NCBI GenBank assembly: GCA_964016885.1
Contig: OZ024742.1
Location: 376,712,001-376,776,000 of the forward strand
Reading direction: 5' to 3'
Source of the DNA: Eledone cirrhosa
Lineage: Eukaryota
DNA length: 64,000 nucleotides
Shown piece by piece: positions 30,201 to 45,200 of this stretch (its first letter is position 1; each line of letters starts with the position of its first letter). Under the pieces are notes generated by a model that saw nothing but the letters and a program-made list of their open reading frames with translations, searched no databases and had not been told where the DNA came from. Made by a program: the position numbers and the translations under genes.

Positions 30201-33200
30201 ACACTGTAAATGTGGTTGTGTAGGTGCCATGACAAAAAGCACCTAGCACACACTGTAAATGTGGTTGTGTTGGTGACATTTCAAAAAGCACCTAGCACAC
30301 ACTGTAAATGTGGTTGTGTAGGTGTCATGACAAAAAGCATCCAGCACACACTGTAAAGTGGTCTTGTAGGTGCCATGACAAAAAGCATCCAGCACACACT
30401 GTAAATGTGGTTGTGTAGGTGCCATTTCAAAAAGCACCCAGCACACACTGTAAATGTGGTTGTGTTGGTGCCATGACAAAAAGCACCCAGCACACACTGT
30501 AAATGTGGTTGTGTAGGTGCCATTTCAAAAAGCACCCAGCACACACTGTAAATGTGGTTGTGTTGGTGACATGCAAAATGCACCCAGCACATACTGTAAA
30601 TGTGGTTGTGTAGGTGCCATGACAAAAAGCACCTAGCACACACTGTAAATGTAGTTGTGTTGGTGACATGACAAAAAGCACCCTGCACATACTGTAAAGT
30701 GGTCTTGTAGGTGCCATGACAAAAAGCACCTAGCACACACTGTAAAGTGGTCTTGTAGGTGCCATTTCAAAAAGCACCTAGCACACACTGTAAAGTGGTC
30801 TTGTAGGTGCCATGACAAAAAGCACCTAGCACACACTGTAAAGTGGTCTTGTAGGTGTCATGACAAAAAGCACCCAGCACACACTGTAAATGTGGTTGTG
30901 TAGGTGCCATGACAAAAAGCACCTAGCACACACTGTAAATGTAGTTGTGTTGGTGACATGACAAAAAGCACCCAGCACACACTGTAAATGTGGTTGTGTA
31001 GGTGTCATGACAAAAAGCACCCAGCACACGCTGTAAATGTGGTTGTGTAGGTGCCATGACACAAAGCAGCTAGCACACACTGTAAATTTAGTTGTGTTGG
31101 TGACATGACAAAAAGCACCCAGCACACACTGTAAATGTGGTTGTGTAGGTGTCATGACAAAAAGCACCCAGCACACACTGTAAATGTGATTGTGTAGGTG
31201 TCATGACAAAAAGCACCCAGCCCACGTTGTAAATGTGGTTGTGTAGGTGCCATGACAAAAAGCACCCAGCACACACTGTAAAGTAATCTTGTAGGTGCCA
31301 TGACAAAAAGCACCTAGCCCACACTGTAAATGTGGTTGTGTTGGTGACAGCAAAAAACATCCCGCACACACTGTAAATGTGGTTGTGTAGGTGCCATAAC
31401 AAAAAGCACCCAGCACACACTGTAAATGTGGTTGTGTTGGTGACAGCAAAAAACATCCCGCACACACTGTAAATGTGGTTGTGTAGGTGCCATAACAAAA
31501 AGCACCCAGCACACACTGTAAATGTGGTTGTGTTGGTGACAGCAAAAAACATCCCGCACACAATGTAAATGTGGTTGTGTAGGTGCCATGACAAAAAGCA
31601 CCCAGCACGCACTGTAAATGTGGTTGTGTAGGTGCCATGACAAAAAGCACCCAGCACACACTGTAAATGTGGTTGTGTAGGTGCCATTTCAAAAAGCACC
31701 CAGCACACACTGTAAATGTGGTTGTGTTGGTGATATGACAAAAAGCATCCAGCACACACTGTAAATGTGGTTGTGTAGGTGACATGACAAAAAGCACCCA
31801 GCACACAGTGTAAATGTGGTTGTGTAGGTGTCATGCAAAAAGCTCCCAGCACACAATGTAAATGTGATTGTTGTGGTGTCATGACAAAAAGCACCCAGCA
31901 CACACTGTAAATGTGGTTGTGTTGGTAACATGACAAAAAGCACCTAGCACACACTGTAAATGTGGTTGTGTAGGTGTCAGGACAAAAGCACCCAGCATAC
32001 ACTGTAAATATTGTTGTGTTGGTGCCATGACAAAAAGCACCCAGCACACACTGTAAATGTAGTTGTGTTGGTGTCATGACAAAAGCACCCAGCACACACT
32101 GTAAATGTTGTTGTGTAGGTGCCATGACAAAAAGCACCCAGCACACACTGTAAATGTGGTTGTGTTGGTGACATGACAAAAAGCAGCCAGCACACACTGT
32201 AAATGTGGTTGTGTAGGTGCCATGACAAAAAGCACCCAGCACACACTGTAAATGTGGTTGTGTAGGTGCCATGACAAAAAGCACCCAGCACACACTGTAA
32301 ATGTGGTTGTGTTGGTGACATGACAAAAAGCACCCAGCACACACTGTAAATGTGGTTGTGTAGTTGCCATGACAAAAAGCACCCAGCACACACTGTAAAT
32401 ATGGTTGTGTTGGTGACATGACAAAAAGCACCCAGCACACACTGTAAATGTGGTTGTGTAGGTGTCATGAAAAAAACCACCCAGCACACACTGTAAATGT
32501 GGTTGTGTTGGTGACATGACAAAAAGCATCCAGCACACACTGTAAATGTGGTTGTGTAGGTGACATGACAAAAAGCACCCAGCACACACTGTAAATGTGG
32601 TTGTGTAGGTGTCATGACAAAAAGCACCCAGCACACACTGTAAATGTGGTTGTGTAGGTGTCATGACAAAAAGCACCCAGCACACACTGTAAATGTGGTT
32701 GTGTAGGTGTCATGACAAAAAGCACCCAGCACACACTGTAAATGTGGTTGTGTAGATGTCATTTCAAAAAGCACCCAGCACACACTGTAAATGTGATTGT
32801 GTAGGTGCCATAACAAAAAGCACCCAACACACACTGTAAATGTGGTTGTGTTGGTGACATGACAAAAAGCATCCACCACACACTGTAAATGTGGTCTTGT
32901 AGGAGACATGACAAAAAGCACCCAGCACATACTGTAAATGTAGTTGTGTAGGTGTCATGACAAAAAGCACCCAGCACACACTGTAAATGTGGTTGTGTAG
33001 GTGTCATGACAAAAAGCACCCAGCACACACTGTAAATGTGGTTGTGTAGGTGCCATGACAAAAAGCACCTAGCCCACACTGTAAATGTGGTTGTGTAGGT
33101 GCCATGATGAAAAGCACCTAGCACACACTGTAAATGTGGTTGTGTAGGTGCCATGACAAAAAGCACCTAGCACACACTGTAAATGTGGTTGCGTTGGTGT

Positions 33201-36200
33201 CATGACAAAAAGCACCCAGCACACACTGTAAATGTGGTTGTGTAGGTGCCATGACAAAAAGCACCTAGCCCACACTGTAAATGTGGTTGTGTAGGTGCCA
33301 TGACAAAAAGCACCTAGCACACACTGTAAATGTGGTTGTGTTGGTGACATTTCAAAAAGCACCTAGCACACACTGTAAATGTGGTTGTGTAGGTGTCATG
33401 ACAAAAAGCATCCAGCACACACTGTAAAGTGGTCTTGTAGGTGCCATGACAAAAAGCATCCAGCACACACTGTAAATGTGGTTGTGTAGGTGCCATTTCA
33501 AAAAGCACCCAGCACACACTGTAAATGTGGTTGTGTTGGTGCCATGACAAAAAGCACCCAGCACACACTGTAAATGTGGTTGTGTAGGTGCCATTTCAAA
33601 AAGCACCCAGCACACACTGTAAATGTGGTTGTGTTGGTGACATGCAAAATGCACCCAGCACATACTGTAAATGTGGTTGTGTAGGTGCCATGACAAAAAG
33701 CACCTAGCACACACTGTAAATGTAGTTGTGTTGGTGACATGACAAAAAGCACCCTGCACATACTGTAAAGTGGTCTTGTAGGTGCCATGACAAAAAGCAC
33801 CTAGCACACACTGTAAAGTGGTCTTGTAGGTGCCATTTCAAAAAGCACCTAGCACACACTGTAAAGTGGTCTTGTAGGTGCCATGACAAAAAGCACCTAG
33901 CACACACTGTAAAGTGGTCTTGTAGGTGTCATGACAAAAAGCACCCAGCACACACTGTAAATGTGGTTGTGTAGGTGCCATGACAAAAAGCACCTAGCAC
34001 ACACTGTAAATGTAGTTGTGTTGGTGACATGACAAAAAGCACCCAGCACACACTGTAAATGTGGTTGTGTAGGTGTCATGACAAAAAGCACCCAGCACAC
34101 GCTGTAAATGTGGTTGTGTAGGTGCCATGACACAAAGCAGCTAGCACACACTGTAAATTTAGTTGTGTTGGTGACATGACAAAAAGCACCCAGCACACAC
34201 TGTAAATGTGGTTGTGTAGGTGTCATGACAAAAAGCACCCAGCACACACTGTAAATGTGATTGTGTAGGTGTCATGACAAAAAGCACCCAGCCCACGTTG
34301 TAAATGTGGTTGTGTAGGTGCCATGACAAAAAGCACCCAGCACACACTGTAAAGTAATCTTGTAGGTGCCATGACAAAAAGCACCTAGCCCACACTGTAA
34401 ATGTGGTTGTGTTGGTGACAGCAAAAAACATCCCGCACACACTGTAAATGTGGTTGTGTAGGTGCCATAACAAAAAGCACCCAGCACACACTGTAAATGT
34501 GGTTGTGTTGGTGACAGCAAAAAACATCCCGCACACACTGTAAATGTGGTTGTGTAGGTGCCATAACAAAAAGCACCCAGCACACACTGTAAATGTGGTT
34601 GTGTTGGTGACAGCAAAAAACATCCCGCACACAATGTAAATGTGGTTGTGTAGGTGCCATGACAAAAAGCACCCAGCACGCACTGTAAATGTGGTTGTGT
34701 AGGTGCCATGACAAAAAGCACCCAGCACACACTGTAAATGTGGTTGTGTAGGTGCCATTTCAAAAAGCACCCAGCACACACTGTAAATGTGGTTGTGTTG
34801 GTGATATGACAAAAAGCATCCAGCACACACTGTAAATGTGGTTGTGTAGGTGACATGACAAAAAGCACCCAGCACACAGTGTAAATGTGGTTGTGTAGGT
34901 GTCATGCAAAAAGCTCCCAGCACACAATGTAAATGTGATTGTTGTGGTGTCATGACAAAAAGCACCCAGCACACACTGTAAATGTGGTTGTGTTGGTAAC
35001 ATGACAAAAAGCACCTAGCACACACTGTAAATGTGGTTGTGTAGGTGTCAGGACAAAAGCACCCAGCATACACTGTAAATATTGTTGTGTTGGTGCCATG
35101 ACAAAAAGCACCCAGCACACACTGTAAATGTAGTTGTGTTGGTGTCATGACAAAAGCACCCAGCACACACTGTAAATGTTGTTGTGTAGGTGCCATGACA
35201 AAAAGCACCCAGCACACACTGTAAATGTGGTTGTGTTGGTGACATGACAAAAAGCAGCCAGCACACACTGTAAATGTGGTTGTGTAGGTGCCATGACAAA
35301 AAGCACCCAGCACACACTGTAAATGTGGTTGTGTAGGTGCCATGACAAAAAGCACCCAGCACACACTGTAAATGTGGTTGTGTTGGTGACATGACAAAAA
35401 GCACCCAGCACACACTGTAAATGTGGTTGTGTAGTTGCCATGACAAAAAGCACCCAGCACACACTGTAAATATGGTTGTGTTGGTGACATGACAAAAAGC
35501 ACCCAGCACACACTGTAAATGTGGTTGTGTAGGTGTCATGACAAAAAGCACCCAGCACACACTGTAAATGTGGTTGTGTAGGTCTCATGACAAAAAGCAC
35601 CCAGCACACACTGTAAATGTGGTTGTGTAGGTGTCATGAAAAAAACCACCCAGCACACACTGTAAATGTGGTTGTGTTGGTGACATGACAAAAAGCATCC
35701 AGCACACACTGTAAATGTGGTTGTGTAGGTGACATGACAAAAAGCACCCAGCACACACTGTAAATGTGGTTGTGTAGGTGTCATGACAAAAAGCACCCAG
35801 CACACACTGTAAATGTGGTTGTGTAGGTGTCATGACAAAAAGCACCCAGCACACACTGTAAATGTGGTTGTGTAGGTGTCATGACAAAAAGCACCCAGCA
35901 CACACTGTAAATGTGGTTGTGTAGATGTCATTTCAAAAAGCACCCAGCACACACTGTAAATGTGATTGTGTAGGTGCCATTTCAAAAAGCACCCAACACA
36001 CACTGTAAATGTGGTTGTGTTGGTGACATGATAAAAAGCATCCACCACACACTGTAAATGTGGTCTTGTAGGAGACATGACAAAAAGCACCCAGCACATA
36101 CTGTAAATGTAGTTGTGTAGGTGTCATGACAAAAAGCACCCAGCACACACTGTAAATGTGGTTGTGTAGGTGTCATGACAAAAAGCACCCAGCACACACT

Positions 36201-39200
36201 GTAAATGTGGTTGTGTAGGTGCCATGACAAAAAGCACCTAGCCCACACTGTAAATGTGGTTGTGTAGGTGCCATGATGAAAAGCACCTAGCACACACTGT
36301 AAATGTGGTTGTGTAGGTGCCATGACAAAAAGCACCTAGCACACACTGTAAATGTGGTTGCGTTGGTGTCATGACAAAAAGCACCCAGCACACACTGTAA
36401 ATGTGGTTGTGTAGGTGCCATGACAAAAAGCACCTAGCCCACACTGTAAATGTGGTTGTGTAGGTGCCATGACAAAAAGCACCTAGCACACACTGTAAAT
36501 GTGGTTGTGTAGGTGCCATGACAAAAAGCACCCAGCACACACTGTAAATGTGGTTGTGTAGATGTCATTACAAAAAGCACCCAACACACACTGTAAATGT
36601 GGTTGTGTTGGTGACATGACAAAAAGCATCCACCACACACTGTAAATGTGGTCTTGTAGGAGACATGACAAAAAGCACCCAGCACATACTGTAAATGTAG
36701 TTGTGTAGGTGTCATGACAAAAAGCACCCAGCACACACTGTAAATGTGGTTGTGTAGGTGTCATGACAAAAAGCACCCAGCACACACTGTAAATGTGGTT
36801 GTGTAGGTGTCATGACAAAAAGCACCCAGCACACACTGTAAATATGGTTGTGTAGGTGCCATGCAAAAAGCACCTAGTGCACACTGTAATTGTAGTTGTG
36901 TTGGTGACATGACAAAAAGCACCCAGCACACATTGTAAATGTGGTTGTGTAGGTGTCATGACAAAAAGCACCCAGCACACACTGTAAATGTGGTTGTGTA
37001 GGTGTCATGAAAAAAACCACCCAGCACACACTGTAAATGTGGTTGTGTAGGTGTCATGACAAAAAGCACCCAGCACACACTGTAAATGTGGTTGTGTAGG
37101 TGTCATGACAAAAAGCACCCAGCACACACTGTAAATGTGGTTGTGTAGGTGCCATGACAAAAAGCACCCAGCACGCACTGTAAATGTGGTTGTGTAGGTG
37201 ACATGACAAAAAGCACCCAGCACACACTGTAAATGTGGTTGTGTTGGTGACATGTCAAAAAGCACCCAGCACACACTGTAAATGTGGTTCTGTTGGTGAC
37301 ATGACAAAAAGCACCCAGTACACTGTAAATGTAGTTGTGTAGGTGTCATGACAAAAAGCACCCAGCACACACTGTAAATGTGGTTGTGTAGGTGCCATGA
37401 CAAAAAGCACCCAGCACGCACTGTAAATGTGGTTGTGTAGGTGACATGACAAAAAGCACCCAGCACACACTGTAAATGTGGTTGTGTTGGTGACATGTCA
37501 AAAAGCACCCAGCACACACTGTAAATGTGGTTCTGTTGGTGACATGACAAAAAGCACCCAGTACACTGTAAATGTAGTTGTGTAGGTGTCATGACAAAAA
37601 GCACCCAGCACACACTGTAAATGCGGTTGTGTTGGTGACATGCAAAACGCACCTAGCACACACTGTAAATGTGGTTGTGTAGGTGTCATGACAAAAAGCA
37701 CCTAACCCACATTGTAAATGTGGTTGTGTTGGTGACATGACAAAAAGCACCTAGCGCACATTGTAAATGTGGTTGTGTTGGTGACATGACAAAAAGCACC
37801 CAGCGCACATTGTAAATGTGGTTGTTGTGGTGTCATGACAAAAAGCACCCAGCACATACTGTAAATGTGGTTGTGTAGGTGCCATGACAAAAAGCACCCA
37901 GCACACGCTGTAAATGTGGTTGTGTTGGTGTCATGACAAAAAGCACCCAGCACACACTGTAAATGTGGTTGTGTTGGTGTCATCCAAAAAGCACCCAGCA
38001 CACACTGTAAAGTGGTCTTGTAGGTGTCATGACAAAAAGCACCCAGCACACACTGTAAAGTGGTTGTGTAGGTGTCATGACAAAAAGCACCCAGCACACA
38101 CTGTAAATGTGGTTGTGTTGGTGTCATCACTAAAAGCACCCAGCACATACTGTAAATGTGGTTGTGTAGGTGCCATGACAAAAAGCACCCAGCACACACT
38201 GTAAATGTAGTTGTGTTGGTGACATGACAAAAAGCACCCAGCACATACTGTAAATGTGGTTGTGTAGGTGTCATGACAAAAAGCACCCAGCTCACACTGT
38301 AAAGTGGTCTTGTAGGTGTCATGACAAAAAGCACCCAGCACACACTGTAAAAATGGTTGTGTAGGTGCCATGACAAAAAGCACCTAGCCCTCACTGTAAA
38401 TGTGGTTGTGTTGGTGACATGACAAAAAGCACCTAGCACACACTGTAAATGTGGTTGTGTAGGTGCCATGCAAAAAGCACCTAACCCACATGTGTAAATG
38501 TGGTTGTGTTGGTGACATGCAAAAAGCACCTAGCACACAATGTAAATGTGGTATTGTAGCTGTCATGACAAAAAGCACCCAACACACACTGTAAATGTGG
38601 TTGTGTTGGTGACATGACAAAAAGCACCCAGCACACACTGTAATTGTGGTTGTGTAGGTGCCATGCAAAAAGCACCTAGCCCACACTGTAAATGTGGTTG
38701 TGTAGGTGCCATGACAAAAAGCACCTAACCCACACTGTAAAGTGGTCTTGTAGGTGCTATGACAAAAAGCACCCAGCACACACTGTAAATGTGGTTGTGT
38801 AGGTGCCATGACAAAAAGCACCTAACCCACACTGTAAAGTGGTTGTGTAGGTGTCATTACAAAAAGCACCTAGCACACACTTTAAATGTGGTTGTGTAGG
38901 TGTCATGACAAAAAGCACCTAGCACACACTTTAAATGTGGTTGTGTAGATGCCATGACAAAAAGCACCCAGCACACTGTAAATGTGGTTGTGTTGGTGTC
39001 ATGCAAAAAGCACCCAGCACACACTGTAAATGTTGTTGTGTAGGTGTCATGACAAAAACTACACAGCACACACTGTAAATGTGGTTGTGTAGGTGCCATG
39101 ACAAAAAGCACCTAGCACACACTGTAAATGTGGTTGTGTAGGTGCCATTTTAAAAAGCACCCAGCACACACTGTAAAGTGGTCTTGTAGGTGTCATGACA

Positions 39201-42200
39201 AAAAGCACCCAGCACACACTGTAAATGTGGTTCTGTTGGTGTCATGACAAAAAGCACCCAGCACACTGTAAATGTGGTTCTGTTGGTGACAGACAAAAAG
39301 CACCTAGCACACACTGTAAATTTGGTTGTGTAGGTTTCATGTCAAAAGGCACCTAGCCCATACTGTAAATGTGGTTGTGTTGGTGCCATGACAAAAAGCA
39401 CCTAGCACACACTGTAAATTTGGTTGTGTAGGTTTCATGTCAAAAAGCACCCAGCACACACTGTAAATGTGGTTGTGTTGGTGCCATGTCAAAAAGCACC
39501 TAGCACACACTGTAAAGTTGTCTTGTAGGTGTCATGACAAAAAGCACCCAGCACACACTGTAAACTGGTCTTGTAGGTGTCATGACAAAAAGCACCCAGC
39601 ACACACTGTAAATGTGGTTGTGTAGGTGTCATGACAAAAAGCACCCAGCACGCACTGTAAATGTGGTTCTGTTGGTGACAGACAAAAAGCACCTAGCACA
39701 CACTGTAAATTTGGTTGTGTAGGTTTCATGTCAAAAGGCACCTAGCCCACACTGTAAATGTGGTTGTGTTGGTGCCATGACAAAAAGCACCTAGCACACA
39801 CTGTAAATTTGGTTGTGTAGGTTTCATGTCAAAAAGCACCCAGCACACACTGTAAATGTGGTTGTGTTAGTGCCATGTCAAAAAGCACCCAGCACACACT
39901 GTAAAGTTGTCTTGTAGGTGTCATGACAAAAAGCACCCAGCACACACTGTAAACTGGTCTTGTAGGTGTCATGACAAAAAGCACCCAGCACACACTGTAA
40001 ATGTGGTTGTGTAGGTGCCATGCAAAAAGCACCTAGCCCTCACTGTAAATGTGGTTGTGTTGGTGACATTACAAAAAGCACCCAGCACACACTGTAAATG
40101 TGGTTGTGTAGGTGCCATGACAAAAAGCACCTAACCCACATTGTAAATGTGGTTGTGTTGGTGACATGCAAAAAGCACCTAGCACACACTGTAAATGTGG
40201 TTGTGTAGGTGTCATGACAAAAAGCACCCAGCACACACTGTAATTGTGGTCTTGTAGGTGTCATGACAAAAAGCACCCAGCCCACACTGTAAATGTGGTT
40301 GTGTAGGTGACATGTCAAAAAGCACCCAGCACACACTGTAAATGTGGTTGTGCTGGTGACATGTCAAAAAGCAGCCAGCACACACTGTAAATGTGGTTGT
40401 GTTGGTTACTTGCAAAAAGCACCCAACACACTGTAAATGTGGTTGTGTTGGTGTCGTGACAAAAACCACCCAGCACACACTGTAAATGTGGTTGTGTAGG
40501 TGCCATGACAAAAAGCACCTAACCCACATTGTAAATGTGGTTGTGTTGGTGACATGACAAAAAGCACCTTGCACACAATGTAAATGTGGTCTTGTAGGTG
40601 TCATGACAAAAAGCACCCAGCACACACTGTAGATGTGGTTGTGTTGGTGACATGACAAAAAGCACCTAGCACACACTGTAAATGTGATTGTGTAGGTGCC
40701 ATTTCAAAAAGCACCCAGCACACACTGTAATTGTGGTTGTGTAGGTGTCATGGCAAAAAGCACCTAGCCCACACTGTAAATGTGGTTGTGTAGGTGCCAT
40801 GACAAAAAGCACCTAACCCACACTGTAAATGTGGTTGTGTAGGTGCCATGACAAAAAGCACCTAACCCACATTGTAATTGTAGTTGTGTTGGTGACATGA
40901 CAAAAAGCACCTAGCACACAATGTAAATATGGTCTTGTAGGTGTCATGACAAAAAGCACCCAGCAAATACTGTAAATGTGGTTGTGTAGGTGCCATGTCA
41001 AAAAGCACCTAGCCCACACTGTAAATGTGGTTGTGTTGGTGACATGTCAAAAAGCACCCAGCACACACTGTAAATGTGGTTGTGTAGGTGCCATGACAAA
41101 AAGCACCCAGCACACACTGTAAATGTGGTTGTGTTGATGACATTTCAAAAAGCACCTAGCACACACTGTAAATGTGGTTGTGTTGGTGACAGCAAAAAGC
41201 ATCCCGCACACACTGTAAATGTGGTTGTGTTGGTGTCATGACAAAAAGCACCTAGCACACACTGTAAAGTGGTCTTGTAGGTGTCATGACAAAAAGCACC
41301 CAGAACACACTGTAAATGTGGTTGTGTAGGTGCCATGACAAAAAGCATCCAGCACACACTGTAAATGTGGTTGTGTTGGTGACATGACAAAAAGCACCCA
41401 GCACACACTGTAAATGTGGTTGTGTAGGTGCCATGACAAAAAGCACCCAGCACGCACTGTAAATGTGGTTGTGTAGGTGACATGACAAAAAGCACCCAGC
41501 ACACACTGTAAATGTGGTTGTGTTGGTGACATGTCAAAAAGCACCCAGCACACACTGTAAATGTGGTTCTGTTGGTGACATGTCAAAAAGCACCCAGTAC
41601 ACTGTAAATGTAGTTGTGTAGGTGTCATGACAAAAAGCACCCAGCACACACTGTAAATGTGGTTGTGTAGGTGCCATGACAAAAAGCACCCAGCACGCAC
41701 TGTAAATGTGGTTGTGTAGGTGACATGACAAAAAGCACCCAGCACACACTGTAAATGTGGTTGTGTTGGTGACATGTCAAAAAGCACCCAGCACACACTG
41801 TAAATGTGGTTCTGTTGGTGACATGACAAAAAGCACCCAGTACACTTTAAATGTAGTTGTGTAGGTGTCATGACAAAAAGCACCCAGCACACACTGTAAA
41901 TGTGGTTGTGTAGGTGCCATGACAAAAAGCACCCAGCACGCACTGTAAATGTGGTTGTGTAGGTGACATGACAAAAAGCACCCAGCACACACTGTAAATG
42001 TGGTTGTGTTGGTGACATGTCAAAAAGCACCCAGCACACACTGTAAATGTGGTTCTGTTGGTGACATGACAAAAAGCACCCAGTACACTGTAAATGTAGT
42101 TGTGTAGGTGTCATGACAAAAAGCACCCAGCACACACTGTAAATGCGGTTGTGTTGGTGACATGCAAAACGCACCTAGCACACACTGTAAATGTGGTTGT

Positions 42201-45200
42201 GTAGGTGTCATGACAAAAAGTACCTAACCCACATTGTAAATGTGGTTGTGTTGGTGACATGACAAAAAGCACCTAGCGCACATTGTAAATGTGGTTGTGT
42301 TGGTGACATGACAAAAAGCACCCAGCGCACATTGTAAATGTGGTTGTTGTGGTGTCATGACAAAAAGCACCCAGCACATACTGTAAATGTGGTTGTGTAG
42401 GTGCCATGACAAAAAGCACCCAGCACACGCTGTAAATGTGGTTGTGTTGGTGTCATGACAAAAAGCACCCAGCCCACACTGTAAATGTGGTTGTGTTGGT
42501 GTCATCACAAAAAGCACCCAGCACACACTGTAAAGTGGTCTTGTAGGTGTCATGACAAAAAGCACCTAGCACACACTGTAAATGTGGTTGTGTTGGTGAC
42601 ATGACAAAAAGCACCTAGCGCACATTGTAAATGTGGTTGTGTTGGTGACATGACAAAAAACACCTAGCACACACTGTAAATGTGGTTGTGTTGGTGACAT
42701 GACAAAAGCACCTAGCGCACATTGTAAATGTGGTTGTGTTGGTGACATGACAAAAAGCACCTAGCACACACTGTAAATGTGGTTGTGTTGGTGACATGAC
42801 AAAAAGCACCTAGCGCACATTGTAAATGTGGTTGTGTTGGTGACATGACAAAAAGCACCTAGCGCACATTGTAAATGTGGTTGTTGTGGTGTCATGACAA
42901 AAAGCACCCAGCACACTGTAAATGTAGTTGTGTAGGAGTCATGACAAAAAGCACCCAGCACACACTGTAAATGTGGTTGTGTAGGTGTCATGACAAAAAG
43001 CACCCAGCACGCACTGTAAATGTGGTTCTGTTGGTGACAGACAAAAAGCACCTAGCACACACTGTAAATTTGGTTGTGTAGGTTTCATGTCAAAAGGCAC
43101 CTAGCCCACACTGTAAATGTGGTTGTGTTGGTGCCATGACAAAAAGCACCTAGCACACACTGTAAATTTGGTTGTGTAGGTTTCATGTCAAAAAGCACCC
43201 AGCACACACTGTAAATGTGGTTGTGTTGGTGCCATGTCAAAAAGCACCTAGCACACACTGTAAAGTTGTCTTGTAGGTGTCATGACAAAAAGCACCCAGC
43301 ACACACTGTAAACTGGTCTTGTAGGTGTCATGACAAAAAGCACCCAGCACACACTGTAAATGTGGTTGTGTAGGTGCCATGCAAAAAGCACCTAGCCCTC
43401 ACTGTAAATGTGGTTGTGTTGGTGACATTACAAAAAGCACCCAGCACACACTGTAAATGTGGTTGTGTAGGTGCCATGACAAAAAGCACCTAACCCACAT
43501 TGTAAATGTGGTTGTGTTGGTGACTTGCAAAAAGCACCTAGCACACACTGTAAATGTGGTTGTGTAGGTGTTATGACAAAAAGCACCCAGCACACACTGT
43601 AATTGTGGTCTTGTAGGTGTCATGACAAAAAGCACCCAGCCCACACTGTAAATGTGGTTGTGTAGGTGACATGTCAAAAAGCACCCAGCACACACTGTAA
43701 ATGTGGTTGTGCTGGTGACATGTCAAAAAGCAGCCAGCACACACTGTAAATGTGGTTGTGTTGGTTACTTGCAAAAAGCACCCAACACACTGTAAATGTG
43801 GTTGTGTTGGTGTCATGACAAAAAGCACCCAGCACACACTGTAAATGTGGTTGTGTAGGTGCCATGACAAAAAGCACCTAACCCACATTGTAAATGTGGT
43901 TGTGTTGGTGACATGACAAAAAGCACCTTGCACACAATGTAAATGTGGTCTTGTAGGTGTCATGACAAAAAGCACCCAGCACACACTGTAGATGTGGTTG
44001 TGTTGGTGACATGACAAAAAGCACCTAGCACACACTGTAAATGTGATTGTGTAGGTGCCATTTCAAAAAGCACCCAGCACACACTGTAATTGTGGTTGTG
44101 TAGGTGTCATGGCAAAAAGCACCTAGCCCACACTGTAAATGTGGTTGTGTAGGTGCCATGACAAAAAGCACCTAACCCACACTGTAAAGTGGTCTTGTAG
44201 GTGCTATGACAAAAAGCACCCAGCACACACTGTAAATGTGGTTGTGTAGGTGCCATGACAAAAAGCACCTAACCCACACTGTAAAGTGGTTGTGTAGGTG
44301 TCATGACAAAAAGCACCTAGCACACACTTTAAATGTGGTTGTGTAGGTGTCATGACAAAAAGCACCTAGCACACACTTTAAATGTGGTTGTGTAGATGCC
44401 ATGACAAAAAGCACCCAGCACACTGTAAATGTGGTTGTGTTGGTGTCATGACAAAAAGCACCCAGCACACACTGTAAATGTTGTTGTGTAGGTGTCATGA
44501 CAAAAACTACACAGCACACACTGTAAATGTGGTTGTGTAGGGGCCATGACAAAAAGCACCCAGCACACACTGTAAATGTGGTTCTGTTGGTGTCATGACA
44601 AAAAGCACCCAGCACACTGTAAATGTAGTTGTGTAGGAGTCATGACAAAAAGCACCCAGCACACACTGTAAATGTGGTTGTGTAGGTGTCATGACAAAAA
44701 GCACCCAGCACGCACTGTAAATGTGGTTGTGTTGGTGACAGACAAAAAGCACCTAGCATAAACTGTAAATTTGGTTGTGTAGGTTTCATTTCAAAAAGCA
44801 CCTAGCCCACACTGTAAATGTGGTTGTGTTGGTGCCATGACAAAAAGCACCTAGCACACACTGTAAATTTGGTTGTGTAGGTTTCATGTCAAAAAGCACC
44901 CAGCACACACTGTAAATGTGGTTGTGTTGGTGCCATGTCAAAAAGCACCTAGCACACACTGTAAAGTTGTCTTGTAGGTGTCATGACAAAAAGCACCCAG
45001 CACACACTGTAAAGTGGTCTTGTAGGTGTCATGACAAAAAGCACCCAGCACACACTGTAAATGTGGTTGTGTAGGTGCCATGCAAAAAGCACCTAGCCCT
45101 CACTGTAAATGTGGTTGTGTTGGTGACATTACAAAAAGCACCCAGCACACACTGTAAATGTGGTTGTGTAGGTGTCATGACAAAAAGCACCCAGCACACA

